A DNA stretch of 64,000 nt, taken from the NCBI RefSeq assembly GCF_006345805.1, contig NC_042997.1, forward strand, positions 201,252,001 to 201,316,000, written 5' to 3'. The notes under the pieces were generated by a model. The model saw nothing but the letters and a program-made list of their open reading frames with translations. It was not told the origin of the DNA and made no database searches. This DNA is from Octopus sinensis (lineage: Eukaryota). Shown here in pieces: positions 61,593 through 64,000 of the stretch. Made by a program: the position numbers and the translations under genes. Every line of letters begins with the position of its first letter. Position 1 is the first letter of the stretch.

Positions 61593-64000
61593 TGAAACGA
61601 GCTTAGTGTGAGTGTTTATCTATCTTGTACTTTCTGGGTACAAGAAAGCAATCACTCACTAGCCGTTGCTTTAATAATCCAGAATTCTACTAGTCAGAAA
61701 AACAAGACGCAGACGTAAAATATATATATACTACTTTATTCTCTTTCTTGGTAACAATAACAATAAGTGTGTTATCTGATGTCCTTGATTCTGGGCGCGC
61801 AAGGCTGAAAGTTAATAGATTGTAATATTTACAATGTCCAGCCGCTAAACCAGAAAGGGGTCAAGATGGCGTCGAACAGGGAAGTTGAATGTGGTCGGCA
61901 ACAATTTGGTTAAGGCATTCGGCCGACTGCTGCTATCAACCGAGAGAGAATATATGCGTGACCGCCGCCTTCAATCGCTGGGTCCCAAGTCGCCGCTGCT
62001 GCTAGTGGTCAAACGTTCTACGACCCCCTTGCCTCGCTAACTACCACGATAGGCAAGCGGGTCGTGCTTCCGGTGGTTCACGCATGCGCGAGAGGGCCCT
62101 TCCTTTCTGGGCCTTTGGTAAAGGCACCAACACGCGCGAAATACAAATGGACGGTGCGCGAGCGCGCACCGCTATAGGGTCACTACAGGCTCCCCTCCAG
62201 TGCGTACGCACGAAAGGAAACTTATTGTAGTGACTGCAAAACTCAAGGTGGACACCAGATAACCAAATAGCACAGAATAATATAATGGCAAAAATTTATA
62301 ACATACACAAGAAATTTACTAAAGGAAAAAGAGAAAAAATACTCAATGAGCAAAAATCAAGAGTGCATGCATGAAAGTGTATACGTCACAAAGTATAGAG
62401 CCTTCCGCTGAAGGGAGCGGAGGGAAAGCAAAACTCACAGTTAATGAACCTAAACGAAATTAAAATCCAACTTCTCTAAAGGTAGTTGATCCTGCAAAAT
62501 AGCAGTTAAATCAATTGCTGCAGGAGAGGAAATGGAATCGGCAGAAGCTCGCTAGTAACACAAAAGGCAAAAGTGCAAACATGCTGGTGTGATGCGCGAC
62601 ACAGATAATTTTCTGTTAATTACGTGACCAACAGTGGTCTAACAAGGAAAAATAATTACGCCTAAACATGGCGCAGCGCATTTGAACATCCGACGTCTAT
62701 GAGTCGGGAAAAGAATTAGGCTAACGCAAACGTGTTGCAAAAAAACAAGGCAATACACGTGCGAAGCAAAAGGCGCATGAAATGCAATAGTGCTTGCCAG
62801 ACCAAAAAACAGCAAGAATATGCCAGTGGTTAAGCGATTATATGCTTCGTTCGTATAGGAACAAAGGTATGACATGCTGGCGCGTCATAATGGACAAACA
62901 ACCCTCTCTATGTATACGTGACCGACCTAGGGTCTATAGAAATGAGGGGTGTCCACAAAAGGCAAATTCAGCATGGAAAAAAAAACAAACAAGCGAGAAA
63001 AGCATGTGTGACGTATGTATGTGAGAGAGAGCATTTATGTGTGTGTACGTGTGTGCGACAGAAATACATATAAGGTGAATGCGAGCAAAATATAAAAACA
63101 GCGCATAGAAAAAAAATGTCTCTCAAGGCTATTCCAGACAAGAATTAATTTACCAGTCTGTAATAGCCTGATGTACAATAGCAGTTCGTTCTGTAACAGA
63201 AATGTTGAAATCACAAAATGCAGATGCCGGTTGAACACAATGTGTAGCGGTTGTGGCTTCAATGCTGTGACAGGTTAACTGGAACAGAAGAAATCTCGTA
63301 GATAGTGCTGGGCTGTGAATTCTTGGTGTGCTAATGCACAAACGGCAAGTGGACCAAACTTCCGCGAGTTGCTATGTACATCTTGGTGGAGGTCGACGGT
63401 GTTGAAAGGCGACGTTGGTGGTGGAAGGCGACTGTAGTGGACTTGAGACAACATCGTTCTTAGTGATGATGGCGACGAAGATAGCGACGACGTGAAGTAG
63501 ACAGACGACGATGATGATGACGAAGGCAGAGAAATAGCATCGTTGATATGATGGCGTCCGTCATTATGTTGAAGAATGAGAAAAGGGCTCCTTCTATAAC
63601 GGTCCGAGAGGACGGAAACAAATCGTCGAAAGATTAATGCGTAGAGTTAATCGTGTTCCGACTTCGCAGAAAAACTGGATCTTTTTTGTTGTTAAGTGAT
63701 CTCTGGTTTTAGACCAGAATCACGTCGGGGTCACCAGTGAAACGAGCTTAGTGTGAGTGTTTATCTATCTTGTACTTTCTGGGTACAAGAAAGCAATCAC
63801 TCACTAGCCGTTGCTTTAATAATCCAGAATTCTACTAGTCAGAAACAACAAGACGCAGACGTAAAATATATATATACTACTTTATTCTCTTTCTTGGTAA
63901 CAATAACAATAAGTGTGTTATCTGATGTCCTTGATTCTGGGCGCGCAAGGCTGAAAGTTAATAGATTGTAATATTTACAATGTCCAGCCGCTAAACCAGA
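61593..64000 (-). mobile_element. Non-autonomous LTR retroelement with tRNA-Trp PBS (runs off the window)
   Basis: 3' LTR at 61593-62187 (TGTAG...TTTCA in element sense), PPT GGAGGGGAGCC at 62198-62188, 5' LTR from 63738 near-identical over 263 bp, PBS TGGTGACCCCGACGTGAT at 63736-63719; 1.55-kb interior with no pol ORF. Confidence 0.9.

Overview
AT-rich, microsatellite-dense animal genomic DNA. The tRNA-derived SINEs, Penelope fragments and (TA)n/(TAA)n/(CA)n arrays look like an octopus (coleoid cephalopod) genome; this is inferred from repeat style and not verified. No host protein-coding gene can be firmly established. There is a possible minus-strand promoter/first exon near 38.1-38.6 kb and a possible juxtamembrane exon at 2574-2641. 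The window is a dense transposon landscape: a cluster of R4/Dong-type retroelements sitting in (TAA)n tracts, including one near full-length copy; a CR1-type LINE with an open RT frame; several Penelope-like remnants; two about 99% identical Mag-type Ty3/gypsy elements, one with identical LTRs and a TSD; a young non-autonomous LTR element with a tRNA-Trp primer site; and mariner, Helitron and MITE relics plus about 22 SINE copies. The most notable unannotated signal is a set of minimal type I hammerhead ribozyme folds with palindromic stem III. One is complete at 44082-44166 (-), one is near-complete at 31618-31678 (+), and two are degenerate (4898-4947 and 43766-43803). None of the four lies next to a recognisable Penelope ORF, so they may belong to pLTR-derived or retrozyme-like non-autonomous elements. 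Many frameshifts are single-base homopolymer indels, so some may be long-read errors. Almost all short ORFs in the supplied track are microsatellite or antisense artefacts. Boundaries of degenerate elements are approximate.
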